Positions 40,111-52,580 of a stretch of 64,000 bases of DNA are shown one piece after another (position 1 is the stretch's first letter; every line of letters begins with the position of its first letter). The stretch is taken from the NCBI GenBank assembly GCA_028534125.1, contig CM052818.1:49230001-49294000 (forward strand), read 5' to 3'. The notes under the pieces are model-generated. The model did no database searches. It was not told the origin of the DNA and was given only the letters and a program-made list of their open reading frames with translations. Source of the DNA: Lama glama (Eukaryota). A program made the position numbers and the translations under genes.

Positions 40111-42672
40111 TAAGTCTTCGAGCCAGATGTAAGTCCGTATCCCCACCACCCTCACACAGATGCACACACCTGCACACACACGTACATGTTACTATGGGAA
40201 AAGCAGCTGCAAATATTACTGTGTTTATGGTTGTTACTTCAGACGTCACACAACTGTAACCCCCCCATCTCTGGAAGCGGAATATACGTCTGGTGATGCA
40301 TAGTTTTCACAGTCGATCATAAAGTTAGTTTATTAAATGGATGCATTATTCACACGCTGAGTCATCCTCTGATGCCCTAAAGCAATAACATAAATTGTCC
40401 TTGAGAAAACATTGGTGGAGAGAGCCCTAATCTTAGATGCAACCTCATAGAGCGCTGTGTTCGCTCATTTTATAGCTCCACCCACACACAATTCTCATGG
40501 AGATACTGTCACGGAAGACGAACGCCAGGGAGCCCGGGGAATCTGCGCGGGATTGCATCCTCTTGCTGAAGCCATGCTGAAGACGCTTTGACAGAGGGCT
40601 CGTCTCTTTCTTGCTTTAAACATGTCCTTTCCGCAGGTACCCGAGAATACCGTGTAATTTGTAAAGATAACCGGGATAATGAATGCACACTGTAGTCAGC
40701 CATTACCAGTAGTAATTGGTGTACCTTTCATCTCCTGTCAAGCAGGGTGGTTAGGATTAGGACCAAAAGGCAGCTATCATCTCTCTCTCATTTCCTGACT
40801 CAGACAAAAGGCAAAAAAAGGTGCCTGCCTGTGCTGATAGGTGTCTGATCAAAGCAGCTGAAAGCTGTCAGAAGCCAGCCAGCCTCCGCAGCCTGGCTGC
40901 TTCCTAATGCAGGCCTGCCTTTGATCTGCCGGCCGTCTAACTGCAGTTCTATTTATGTAAAAAATAATCATCTGGGTTGTAACTGAACAGAGGAAAGTGC
41001 CATGTGCTATTCTGATACTGGCTTTGCAGTCTGATAAAGCTAGGAAATGCGGACTGATTCTGTCCTGAGTGTGCGTGTGTGTGTGTGTTTGTTCAACTCA
41101 TTCAATAAGACAAAAACTACAATCAAAATACCTTTGAACCTTCATCACATAAATTCACAGTCAGCAGTAAGCAGAATGCGAGTAGAAAGAAATTATTCTC
41201 CTTGGAAGACTGAAAAAAAACCTTAAGTAAAATTGCTACAATATTTGGCATCTGTGTTTTGCCTTTCAGCAAAATTGACTGGCTGGTTACAGGTTTATGA
41301 AAAGGGAACTGGTCTTGGATTTAAAAGATCACAGATCTCAGGCCCGTTACTTTCTGGGCATGTGAATTTCCACTCATCACTAACCGCGTACCTGCTCTAG
41401 GCCCCTCATCTGGTGTACAGTATGTGAGCACACTCCTGCATGCCAGATACTGCAAACATCAGATGAAAATGCTGGCACGGGGTTGTTAAAAGCAACAGAG
41501 GGAAGTTTTTGGCCAAAGAGCAGACAGACAAGTATGAGTATCACTTAACCTCTCTCGTCCGGGTTCCGCTGCCACTCTGCATGAACTGAACCAAGTGTCT
41601 TCCATCTCTGCAATCAAGATAATTGAATGAGTAAATGAATAAAAGAATGTGAGCAGGAACTCATGAAACCTGACTTGGAGAACTAAAAAAGCAGGCAGAC
41701 GAGTTCCAGAAAAACTACATATATGTCTTTATGACTGCGATTACTAGTGATTTATCTGTGCTTAGCTTCAATATTCAGGCACACAGACACACACACTCAC
41801 ATACATAAACAGGACACAGGTGCTGGCCCGTAGCGATGTCACTAAATACCTGTGACTGTCACCCTAAGTAAACATGTCTCCACAGTGACCACTTACAGAA
41901 TACACAACATGGTCTCAAGGAATCCATACCTCGCACAATACCTGAAACACACTTAGCATATAGGACACGTTTCTCGAAAAAGCCAATCGTTCTTGCATAA
42001 TATTCTGGGGATGGAATCTCATATATGACAAAAGATATTTTGTCATAATTATTTGGATTTGTCCCTTATTGTCCCCTTGAAACTCTGCTCTCCTGGCTGT
42101 CACGGAGCTTGAACGCACAGCGCACAGCAGGTCTGCTAAATGCCATGTGTTCGGTCAGTCCCTGCAGAAGGAGCTCAAACACCCGCAAGAGCCACAACCA
42201 GAGGCTGGGGTTCCGGTCAGATCTGCACGGTTAGGGCCGCCAGAGCAGGACTGGGGCTTTGAGGGCTCAGTTCGGGCAGCCTGGTCAACACTGAAGGAGC
42301 TGCTGCAGAAGGCCGTCACGGCAGAGAATGTCCGGCTCATCCCGCTGCGTCTCTGAGGGGCGCCGCCGCCGTCCGCAGGCTGTCCGCGCTTCCCAGCTCA
42401 GGAGGGAGCCTGAGGTCAGCGCCGCCCTTCTGGGCCCCGCGCCTTCCCGCCGCGCCCGCCCGGCCGCGCGGCCCCGCCAGGGACCCCCGCAGAGGGGACG
42501 GGGCTGCGCTGGTGGTCGCAGCCTCAGCTCAGCCCCATTTTCTCCTTTGTCCGCGGTGGACAAAGACGCCACCGCATCGCTCTTTGAACCCATTTCTGAT
42601 CTGGTGGGGAGGGAAAGAAAGCCTCTCAGGGACGGGCAGCGGCCCCCGGGCAGGCCTCGGGGAACGTGCGGG

Positions 42673-42768
42673 GCGCCTGCGCCTGCGCCTGCGCCTGCGC
42701 CTGCGCGCTGCCCTCGCGTTTGCGCCTGCGCGCTGCCCTCGCGTTTGCGCCTGCGCGCTGCCCTCGCG
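42673..42768. repeat. Compound tandem repeat: (GCGCCT)5 overlapping about three copies of a 25-bp unit
   Basis: Hexamers at 42673-42702; unit gcgcctgcgcgctgccctcgcgttt at 42697-42721, 42722-42746 and 42747-42768 (partial). Confidence 0.95.
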
Positions 42769-42784
42769 GCCCCGCCGCACCGAC

Positions 42785-42890
42785 AGCTCCGCGTCTCCAG
42801 CCGCCGACCCGCCCGGCACGTTTTGGGCTCGCAGCCGCTTGCGCATCCTGTTGGTTCTGTTTCTCCGGAGAAACCTGACGAACCTACTTC
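42785..42890. mobile_element. MLT2-like LTR remnant inside the CpG island
   Basis: atcctgttggttctgtttctccggagaaacctgac matches the recalled MLT2 terminus; the upstream tctccagccgccgacccgcccggcacgttttggg resembles an MLT2 internal motif. Confidence 0.6.
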
Positions 42891-44004
42891 CCTGTGTGTT
42901 GAGGGTTTTGTCCCGTAGCTTCCTCTCACGCTCAGCACGCGAGTGGCCTGTCTTTCCTGAGACGCGGCCGCTGGTCCCCGGGAGAGGCCTGGGGCAGCGG
43001 CCGCCCCCAGGCCCTGCGTGGCCGGGCTTCCCAGGCAGCGCCGGGGAGTGTCGCTTGAAGCAGTGCTTCCCGGCTGCCTGCAAAGAACGGAACGCGGTAA
43101 GAAGGAATGAGCAAAACATATCAAGGAGCAGAGGTGGGCGACGGAGGAGGAAAACCTTGAGCTCACGGCTCCAGCGGGTCTGAAGCAGGTGTCTCCCCGT
43201 GTTCCCCAGTGATGTGGGACAAACACTGGGCTTCCTTGTTTGGGTTTATTTCGGTTGGGTTTCTGGCACTGGAAGATGACCGAAAATAGTGTTAAGGGAG
43301 TTTTTAAAAGGGAATCAGGAAAAAAGAAAAGGGGGACTTCGTGGTTACGGCTGGCTTTGAGTTGGGGCAGGGCTACAAACTAGAACTGAGCATCAGCTTG
43401 AATAATTCTTCCATCAGCTGGCTGCTGGGAGGCAGAGGGAGACGGGCACACAGAAGAGACACGCTCGGTGTCAGGTTTTGGAAAGCTTAAATTTGAAGCA
43501 GTCTAGGTAATTATTTGAAGGAGACAGACTAAAGTCTGGAAGCCAGTAATACTTTTTGAAAAAAGCAATTTAAATCTGAAACAACTTGGCATTTCAAGTG
43601 AGAGAGTGAAATTATAAAAGGAACATGGCATAGGCAGCCGCGGCAACGGGCTGCGTGTACTGCAGCAACAGGAGGCCAGGCGTCGAAGATCAGCCTGGAG
43701 ACTCCAGCCAAAGGAAATCCGTCCCCGGGAGATGGAAGGAGGTGTAACTGCCCGCTGGGTCGTCCGTCCTCACGCTGCAGAGGAGGTGATGCGGAAGGGC
43801 GGTGTGAGCTGGATACTGACCTTCAGTTAGGCTGAGCTTGAAATCCCAGCCAGCAACTCACGTGGAGGATTCCTGAGCATTTATGGAGACAGGGTGCTTT
43901 GGAAACTGAGACTCAAATTTAGAAATCTTTATCCATAAAGAAAGTAACTCAGTTGCATGCAAGGATGAACTCTGGTGGTGCTCAATGTGTAATTTAAAAT
44001 AATA

Positions 44005-44110
44005 AAGAAGGAAGCAAACAGAGAAAGGAAGAGAGAAAGAGGGAGGGAGGGAAAGAGGAAGGAAGAAGGAGGAACAGAGGGAGGGAAGAAGGGAGGGAAG
44101 AAAGAAAAAA
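44005..44110. repeat. Polypurine low-complexity tract
   Basis: About 100 bp of almost only G and A (gagggagggagggaaagaggaaggaagaaggagg). Confidence 0.9.
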
Positions 44111-46429
44111 GCACTGGCAAGTGTGTAGACAGAGAAAAGGCCAAAGCCCACACCACAGCTTCTGGCAGTGCTTTTTCTGGGGATGGAAAAAGAAGAAAAA
44201 AACACAGTCTCCTTTCAAAATAAACACAAGCAGTACGTGGTCGGACGGCGATAAACACAAGACACAACTAAGAGAGCTGAGGGGCACGTCAGCCAAGGAT
44301 GGGATGATTTAATACATTCAAGTGATGCCACAAGGCAGCTCAGGAAACTAAGGGGACAGGACATGCTGTGGTTTGGATAATCAAGACATCACCGTGTCCC
44401 ATCTTACAGAGCACATTTTCAGCTGACAGATGGAGCCAGAGCTGCGATTGCTGGGCGTTAATGAAGAGACAAGAAGCAGTAGCTGCCAGTTCTTTCTTTT
44501 AAGGGCTTGGATGGTGTGTGAATTCAGATGACAGGGAGGAAAAAAATAAAAAAACAGTGCGGAGGGTCAGGTTAAAACTCTGATGAGAACCTGAGGCCGA
44601 TGTGGCTAAGGTCAGTGCAGAGGGAGAGATGAGGCTCAAGGCTTTAGCTGAGGGATGAATCCTGACGTGGGGAGGGAGGAGCAGCTTCTGAGGCAGGAGT
44701 GACGAATAAGAAGAGTGAAGACGCAGAGGTTCTGAGAAAGCTCCGTTTTCTCAGATGCCAGTTCCATTCTCTTGTCTCTGGAAGCCGTCCACCACGGTCA
44801 AGACCCGACCCACACTCTGTGAGCACAAGAAAAATAATTCCTTCCCAAACAGGAATCACCGGGGACTCCTGTTTACCCGACGGCTGTGCGGTGCCCCCTC
44901 CTCTGGGCCACGCAGAGCATGCTTCTCTCTGCGTCACGTACTTAGGAGCGGCCTGCGGTGGGGCGGTGGGGGGTGCTGTCCCACAGCGCAGCACTTACGA
45001 AGCATCACAGGAGGGACTACTCCAGACGACCCATCACTGTCCACTTACTGCTACAAACAATGTAGGGAAAGTTCGAGGGACCCTAAATAGTGTAGAGGAA
45101 GTCAGTCTTGACACTTCTGATAGTAAGATTTCTCTTGAACAGGAAACCAAAATTGGATGCTCACTTCATTTCCTGGCAGTGACACACTGCGTCCAGGCTC
45201 ACATTCATACTTTGAAGATGAAAAGAGTAGCAATGACAAAAACAATGAAAATACAATATAGTCTCACCCAGACTTGATTATTGAAAATCACCCCACGTTA
45301 AGAGAGTAGCGCTCACAGTCACTCCAAAGAGACGAATTGATAGAGTAAGACAAAGACCTCATAAAACACTAAGAGATTTTTTTGAGCTCCGTACAAGGTC
45401 TCAAGATCTGTGTCCAGATGATGCAATAACATTTCAGAAAAAAAAAATCCTCAAGAAAAGAATAGGCAAATAAAAAGGGCATGGGTTTCTGAGATTCCCT
45501 AAGTATAAAAAGATCTGAGTTGGGTAGAAAGAACATTTAACGTTCAGACCACAACAGAGAGACCCGTGATGCCCAAAACTGCAGAGGCGAGATCCCACAG
45601 AGAGCATTTTGTTCACACCAGCTAATCCTTTGCTTCTCATGAGAAGTTTGTCCACAGTCATTTTTTTACTGAAGGGCAGATGGCAATTGAAACTGTCTAT
45701 TGAGAAATGATCTCCCCAGTAACTGTCTGAAGATGTTAGCTGTTTTTGAGGGAAGTTCTACCAACATAAAGAAATGGCTGGTGGACACCAGGAACTTAAC
45801 CCTTTTTTAAGGCTCCTAGCAAATTTAGCTAAATAATCGTCAACATGCATGTGGCACTAGAAAACACTTTTTTTTCCTTTTCTTGAGATAAGTCAACCTA
45901 CAATTTGAAGGTTTCAGATTCCTATTTCCCATAAAGATACAAGGCAAAGATGCTTCAAAACATATTTTCAAATTTTTTCTCATGAACTCCTCAAAACATA
46001 ATTAAGCTGAATACAGAGAAAAATAACCCGCTTTTAGCTTCTTTGTTGGAAAACAAAGATAAGGCTAGTGAAACAGTCACAGTTTTCAAGGCAATAACTA
46101 CCCACACTTAAGCTGATGAAAACTTCTCCCTGTACTAAAGATGCTCATTATACAAGAAATCTCATTCAGCTTTCGAAATCCGCTTGACCACAGCCTCCTT
46201 ACCTGCCCAACTGACGTTCACTGCCGAGAAATCAAACATCTAGATAAAAGAAGGTGTTGACCTATCTTTGTCATTTAGCAGCTAAAACTTCCAAATAAAA
46301 GTAAATGTATTTCAACCAGTAGGGAAAGTGGAAAATGGTTTCAGTAGATCTAGAACATAAACGTGTATGTCAAGATGAAAATGTAGAGAGTCAAAATACC
46401 TCACTCAGAGTCCTCACTTTAATGCATCA

Positions 46430-46640
46430 AAAGTACGTGGTACAGTGGAAAGTGCTCTAAGCTGAGGGCCAGACAGATTGAAGCTCAAAACTAAGACCTA
46501 CCTCCTGTTTTTCCTTCTGCATGTCTGTGACTTGGTGACTTAAGTTCTCTGAGCCACTGTTTTTCCTCTATTAAATAGAGTTAATGACATTGTCAGTATG
46601 GACGCATTAGAGTGGATAGTCCGTACACGGTTGCTAATAG
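46430..46640 (+). mobile_element. MIR SINE
   Basis: gtggtacagtggaaagtgctct...gtgacttaagttctctgagccactgtttttcctctattaaatag. Confidence 0.75.
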
Positions 46641-47994
46641 ACAGAGAAAATGGAATTCAGCATTCTCAAAGCAGTTACATAATTAGTGTGGTTCCAGAAT
46701 GAACTGACAGATATTTACAATAGATACAGCGCGCTCTTTGAAAACACTTGACGACGAACGCTAATATATTCAGTAGGCAGGCAAATTGCTGTGCCGAAGA
46801 GAAGGAGCGCGCTGCGGAGACGCTTCTGCCTTTTTAATATTTGTTTTCACGGAGTGCTCTTGTGGTCTGTTGGGAAGACAGGACCGGGGACTCAGAACGG
46901 GAAGGCTGAGCTGGGGAGGTGCTCTGGTGCTCTCCGCTTCTGTAGCTGAACCTGGCATCAGGGAGTGACCAGAGAGAGCCAGAGCTGGAAGCAGGACCCT
47001 GTTCCTCCAATCCAGGCTGTGCTGTTAATATCTGTGACTGCAGCCAGTCTCTTGCCTTTCCTGGTCTGACCTGGAGTAAGATGCCTGTGGAACTGAAATG
47101 AGGAAGTAGACTAAATGATGAGTAAGGTAGTTTCCCCAGGAAATATCTATCAAGACAGTTAGGAAGCTCACCACTCCCAGGAGAAGACCCAGCAGGGATA
47201 AGGAATGGCTGGAGGGCCACATGCACTCAGCACGTCATCCCCCCCACCCAGAAGTCTGTAATTCTGCAATGCTAATTAGTGGGCTTCCTGCATTCCTGCA
47301 GTGAGGGTATCCGAGGTGGAAGTGGCTAAAGATAACAGAAGGATCACGGAGGGGAGTGAGGATCCCAATTGTGTGTTTGATGCCGCCATGCATGTGAACC
47401 TTCCCGCAGGGATAGCCTTGCCCCTGGCGCAGGGACAGCCACGCCCCTGGCGCAGGGAGCAAGTGGTCCTGGAGAGTGGAGGACGGTGGCTTCTTAGGCA
47501 GTTGTGTCACTGAGTTTATGCATGGAGTGGTGGGTGGCCCAGCCTTTACCGTCACACTCATTCAACAGACTTAGTCATTGAATCTTTGCCATGTTCTAGA
47601 TGCAGCAGTGACTAACACACACAAAACAAGCACAGCCCAGAGACCGTTTATCTTATCAGCAGAAATGCGGAAAAGTAAGTGGCGTGTAAGTATAAACATA
47701 GGAATGTCTCCTCCGAGCAGCAAAGCTCACATGTTTATTGGCCCGCTACACTGGCATTTGAAGATGAGGGGACTTCAGACGGTCTTGCAGTTTATTTTGA
47801 TGAGCCTTGCGTTCCCACCCTCCCCCCACCTGTTTGAGCTTCTGAGCTCAAGGGGTAACTGCACATAGTTTAGACCCATCCACCCACCCAGGGACAAACT
47901 CAGTACCTAGTCTACAGCAGGTGTGCGGCAGAGACACAGCACATACTCACGACTCCCAGCTTTAACATGCCATTGCTGGGAGGCATAATAGCAA

Positions 47995-48215
47995 TGCTGT
48001 TTCTTTGTGTTCTCGTAAGTTCCCTATTCGTATTCGTTTCTAGTGCTCACAGGTATCCAGCAACATAAAGACTGATTGTTTTTCCAGTTTAACCCAGGAG
48101 AAAACTGAAGAAATGGGAGTTAAGCGTCATGAGGTGGGTAACCCATCTCCGTAAGCAGCAGAGCTGGGGTTGGAGCTTTGTCTGACTGCTCTGTCTTCAG
48201 AGTCCAGCTCATCCC
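47995..48215 (-). mobile_element. MIR SINE
   Basis: Reverse complement ctggactctgaagacag...ccccagctctgctgcttac...cttcagttttctcc. Confidence 0.55.
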
Positions 48216-48599
48216 ACCGGGCGACGTCCCAGCACCACACCCCCTGCAGTTCTGGGTGTCTGCAGCTGGGCCCTTTAGATTGCTCCCTCCTCCTCTCCCG
48301 GCTGCTCGCCCCTCCAGGAGGCTGTGTGGCGTGGCCCCCTGTCTGCTGCCTTGCCCCTTGGAGAGGAGGTGGGGGGAGGGAAGGATGAAATCTTCGTATT
48401 TCCCACCAGCGCTCCCTCGGCGGGGCCCTTGTGGGCTGGCTCCACTCCTCCCGAAGGCCCTCCCTCTGCTAGGGGCCGCCTCCTGCGAGGCCATCTTCCT
48501 GGGAGCTGGCGGCCAGTCCGTCCCCTTCTCCCTCGTGTCTGGGAGTTACTAGCCCCGGGGACCGCAGCATCAGTGCACTGATGCAGCACTAGTGACTAG

Positions 48600-48795
48600 A
48601 GGCTTTATTCAGATTTGATCAGTATCTGTGTATATACGTGTATGCAGGTGTGCGCAGCTCTGTGTCATGTTATCACACGTATAGATTTGTGTAACCACCA
48701 CCACAGCCAAGAACTGTTTGGTCACCACAGATGATCTCTTCCATGCTACCCTTCCATGGTAACACCTCCCTAGGCCTGGCAACAAGCAATGGCTT
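48600..48795 (-). mobile_element. L1MB-like 3' end fragment
   Basis: gtatagatttgtgtaaccaccaccacagccaagaactg...cctggcaac. Confidence 0.65.
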
Positions 48796-49002
48796 TCAGA
48801 GAGTTAAAAAAAAAATCATACAAAATTGACGTCCGATGGGATTTTCCTGAAACTCTCTCAGAGTAGACTCACTAAAAGTCGATCGCTTTTCACCCCACCC
48901 CAGTCCCCAGGGCCCAGTGCCCAGGGCCCAGAAATTCCACCTTGACCCTACTGCTTCCTCGTCCCACCTTTTTTTCCATATGTGTCTCTGCCATAATCCC
49001 AT

Positions 49003-49003
<1 letters not shown>

Positions 49004-49033
<30 letters not shown>

Positions 49034-49110
49034 GTCTGTCTGTCAGTCATCTATCTGTCTATCTATCCATCCATCCATCTATCTACATACACGTGCAGAC
49101 ACACACAACA
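49004..49110. repeat. Compound microsatellite (TC)n(TCTG)n(TCTA)n(TCCA)n
   Basis: Seen directly. Confidence 0.9.
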
Positions 49111-49454
49111 CACAGCACATATGGGTACAGATGTAAATATTAACACAGAGAGATGGTTTTATTTACAAAATAGCTCCAAGTACTCCATTCATTCATTTTC
49201 TCTAGAGACAGGTGCAGTCAATTCAATTGTTTTTGGCAATTATTTCAGGATTAATTACTTTCTATGATACTAATTCATCTTGAGAAGTGGGTTTTTCAAC
49301 AAAATGACTCATAAAAATAGAAATTACGCTAGGAAACAAGAAGTACCAAGCTGTTACTCATTTGCCAAATTCTACCAATATTTTCGTAATCAGTAAAGTC
49401 TGATCTTTGCTATCAGGAAAAATAGCCTAGTTCTCGAGCTGCTGGTCCTAACGT

Positions 49455-49660
49455 ACTTCCCAGCATAATAGCGCTCACACACACCTTTCCTGCATTTGAT
49501 GTTCACAGGAATCATGTGACAAAGGTATCTTCATAATCCCTCTTGTAGGTGATGTCACAACAGCTCAGAGAGGTTATGGGACCTGCTTGTGGACGCGTAG
49601 CCAAGGGGTTCTAGAGCCAGGACTTGACCCGGGTCTGAGTCCCCTTCCACTGTCTATGTC
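49455..49660 (-). mobile_element. MIR SINE
   Basis: cagctcagagaggttatgggacctgc...agagccaggacttgacccgggtctg. Confidence 0.75.
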
Positions 49661-51548
49661 ACACTGCTCAGTGACATCCACGCAAGGAACTATCAACTCT
49701 CTAGGAAAACAGTCTCACCCATTTGCATCAGTACGCTGTCACGACGTCAAGGTGACTGCTAGGAACACATCAGTGGGACCTGTCTTTCCTTTCATTCCAT
49801 TGACTCTTCCAGAAAACCAGAGGAAACGGACTATCAAACAGGGATGCAGTGAGCTGACGGTGAGGCGGATGACGGCTTCTGGAGCGGGGGGAATCATCTG
49901 AGATTTTGGGTTCATTTTAAATGAAGCAGACGCACAGCCTTGGCCAGAAAACGGGCAATAAACAGAGGCTGGATAAAGTGGGTCAAGGAAACACGCACAT
50001 TCCTGCCCCAGGCTTGAGTTTGGGGCGTTGACACGGAAGGGAAGCGAAAGTCTGGGCAGGTGCACGTGGTTCGTAAACTTGGGTCTTTTTCTTTAATGAG
50101 TCACGTGGTGCTCCTGCCATCGAGAGCGTCTCCGTGATCACTCAGGCCTACCGCCTGTCTCTCACTGGACAAGCCCAGGTCTCACGTAGCCATGTGCTTA
50201 TTTAAACCTGTGCTCGCTTCTAGTTGTGAATCACTGCGAGGAAGTCGCTCTCCAGGCTGCAAGTGCCTTTCCCTCTGTGAGGTCGGTGGTCGTCGGGGTT
50301 GGAGGCAATGCATGCGACCACGTCCACTGCGAGCACGGGCAGACCGTAAGCCTGCTCGCTGCAGGAGCCACTGTTACTGCAACGGCGACTTGCGAGCCAT
50401 CACGCTGACGTCCTAGACTCAAGTCATAATGCTGAGCAGTGGTCTGACTGCCAGGACGTATTTTAAGTGACGTTCACCCTGCAAAGGGTGTACGTTAGGA
50501 ATAATTAAATAATTATTACGCCCTACTTTTAGTTAGCTTTCATCTGAAAGGAAGAAAAGCTATTCAGTTTATCTTTCCTTATGTCATAGGAATGATGACT
50601 CAGCTCATAGTAACAGCTTGCGTTTATTGAAACTTTAGCTCCCTTGCCAAGGAATTCAGGAATTAGATTAAGCATTTTTCCCCCAAATAAAGGCCTTTTT
50701 AAAAATATTTTAAGTTGCCTTTTTGTATTATCTCTAGGTCACTCACAACTTTTACAATTCAGTCTCACAGTTAGAAAGACAACAGGGAATTTACCAGGAG
50801 CACACTCATTCTACCCCATCCCTTACGTGTGATGTGGATTTAGAGTTTTGGGAAATGGCTGAGGGCACCAAAAGCAGGGAGGTCTTAATCATGGCTGTGC
50901 ATCTCAGAGACGGGAGGAAATGGAACATTTCTGGTGACGGTAAGGCCATCTAGGTAGCTACACGAAGTCTATGTGTGCAGGAGTGTGCTCGGCAGCAGCA
51001 GAGGGGTTCATGGTAAAGAGCAGTCAGTCAATGTGACCGTCAGGCTGTTAGGTCTTAGGCTGACAGTTTCAGACAAAACCTCATGATTTAACATTTCTTG
51101 CCTAAAATACTTCACGGCTCCTGCAAAACCCAACCTCTATGCTCCTGAGCCAAAAAAAAAAACGACTTGCGACACCTGTTCACATTTGGCTGCTTCCCGT
51201 TTCCTGGTGCCCCTGTCCAAGGACGCCCTTCATCCTGTCTTCCTTGGAGAACCCTCCTCATCCTGAGTGGCCAAAGCCAGTTGACCTATTTCTGTGGTCT
51301 CTTCTCTGACTCACGGCAAATATATGTGTGTTTGTATTTGCTTGCCTGAACCCCAGGGCGCTCTGCCCGCCACCGTTACAGGAATGGTAACACGATGATG
51401 GAAAGCTAGCACCTATGTGCACGCACTTGATCCTCGGTGTGTGAAGCCAACTTACTTTATGAAGCAAACAGGGAACCGCCTAAGTCAGAGATGATCTCCA
51501 GTTAGTCCACGGGACCCAGGGAAGACCTGTGTCTTTGACCTTCTGGAA

Positions 51549-51768
51549 CAGCAGATCAGCAGACCCTTTCTGGAGAGGGCCAGACAGAAACGCTGCAGGC
51601 TCCGTGGCCCGTGTGCCGTCTGTTCCAGCTGCCCGGGGCCGTGGCTGCAGCCTGAAACGCCTCAGACACCGTGAACATGAACGAGGGGCCGTGTGCCGGT
51701 AAAACTTCATGTACAAACAGCAGCTCAGCAGAGGTGACCTGTGGGCTTTAGTCTGATGACCTCCCTGA
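51549..51768. mobile_element. MER58 DNA transposon, GC-shifted
   Basis: ctttctggagagggccagacag and gtgtgccggtaaaacttcatgtacaaa are colinear with the MER58 copy at 36452. Confidence 0.75.
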
Positions 51769-51809
51769 GAGGGGAGTTTGGAAGAGATGTGCGGCCTCAA
51801 CGTAACTGC

Positions 51810-52580
51810 TGAAGACGACCCGGGACTCGTGGAAGCAGAGCGCCCTTGCCGACGGCGCCGCGCCCCGCGAGGGCCCGACGGGAGCGGCCGCGGTAGCCGG
51901 GGGGCGGGGCGGGGGGCCCGGGGCTCCGGGGGGCCGGGGGGTCCCGGGGCTCCGGGGGCGGTCGCGGCCCAGCTATCCCCCCACCCCCGCCCCGGGCAGC
52001 GGGCCTCCGGGGGAGCGTGGGGTCCGGTGCGGCCCTGGCGTCGGGCGGCCACCCTTCCCGGGTAGAATTCAACGCGAGCAGTGTGTGAACAGCTGCTCCT
52101 TCCTTTATTTCTCCTTCTGGAGGCAGACTTTTACAAAACAGGGTGACAGAGAACGGAAAACTCTTAACGGGCCCCAAAGACGAGTTCTGCTCGTTTTTGA
52201 GTGTTGGCGAGGCCAGCTCCGTGGACAGGCTCACGAGGGGTCGGGGCATTTGGGTCATTCTTCTCTCCCTCCAGGCAAAGTCTGCCAGGCTCCGGATTCC
52301 GGGAGCGCGGGTGTGCCCTCGCCTTCCGACAGGCGCCGCAGTCACAGGCCGGACACGCGCATCGCCCCGCGGGACAGCTGCCGCAGCGCAGCCGGGACTG
52401 GCGGGGAAGCCAGCGCTGACCGAAGGGCTTCGAAACGTCAACGCGAAGGGCCGGAAAGCTCTTCCGATGCGCCTCCCCGTGGGAAGGGCTCCGACCTGCA
52501 AATCGCAGCCCCAGGTTCCAGGCGTGGCGCTGCTGTTCACCTGCTGTGACAGCTTACACCGAGGTGTGTGCGCCGAGCTA
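51810..52580. promoter_or_regulatory. CpG island with G-quadruplex-prone core
   Basis: Dense CpG; tandem GC boxes ggggcggggcgggg and many G-runs at 51899-51960. Confidence 0.75.

Larger units (their letters stand above)
42330..43190. promoter_or_regulatory. CpG island with NRF1-like motif array
   Basis: Dense CpG over ~850 bp; seven GCGCCTGCGC occurrences between 42673 and 42756. Confidence 0.75.

Noticed and set aside
42697..42768. CRISPR-like direct repeats
   Set aside because: The units are contiguous with no spacers, and the DNA is mammalian.
42147..43226. Overlapping ORFs up to 313 aa on both strands
   Set aside because: Stop codons are depleted by high GC and the tandem repeat; products are Arg/Ala/Pro/Gly-rich with no recognisable domain.
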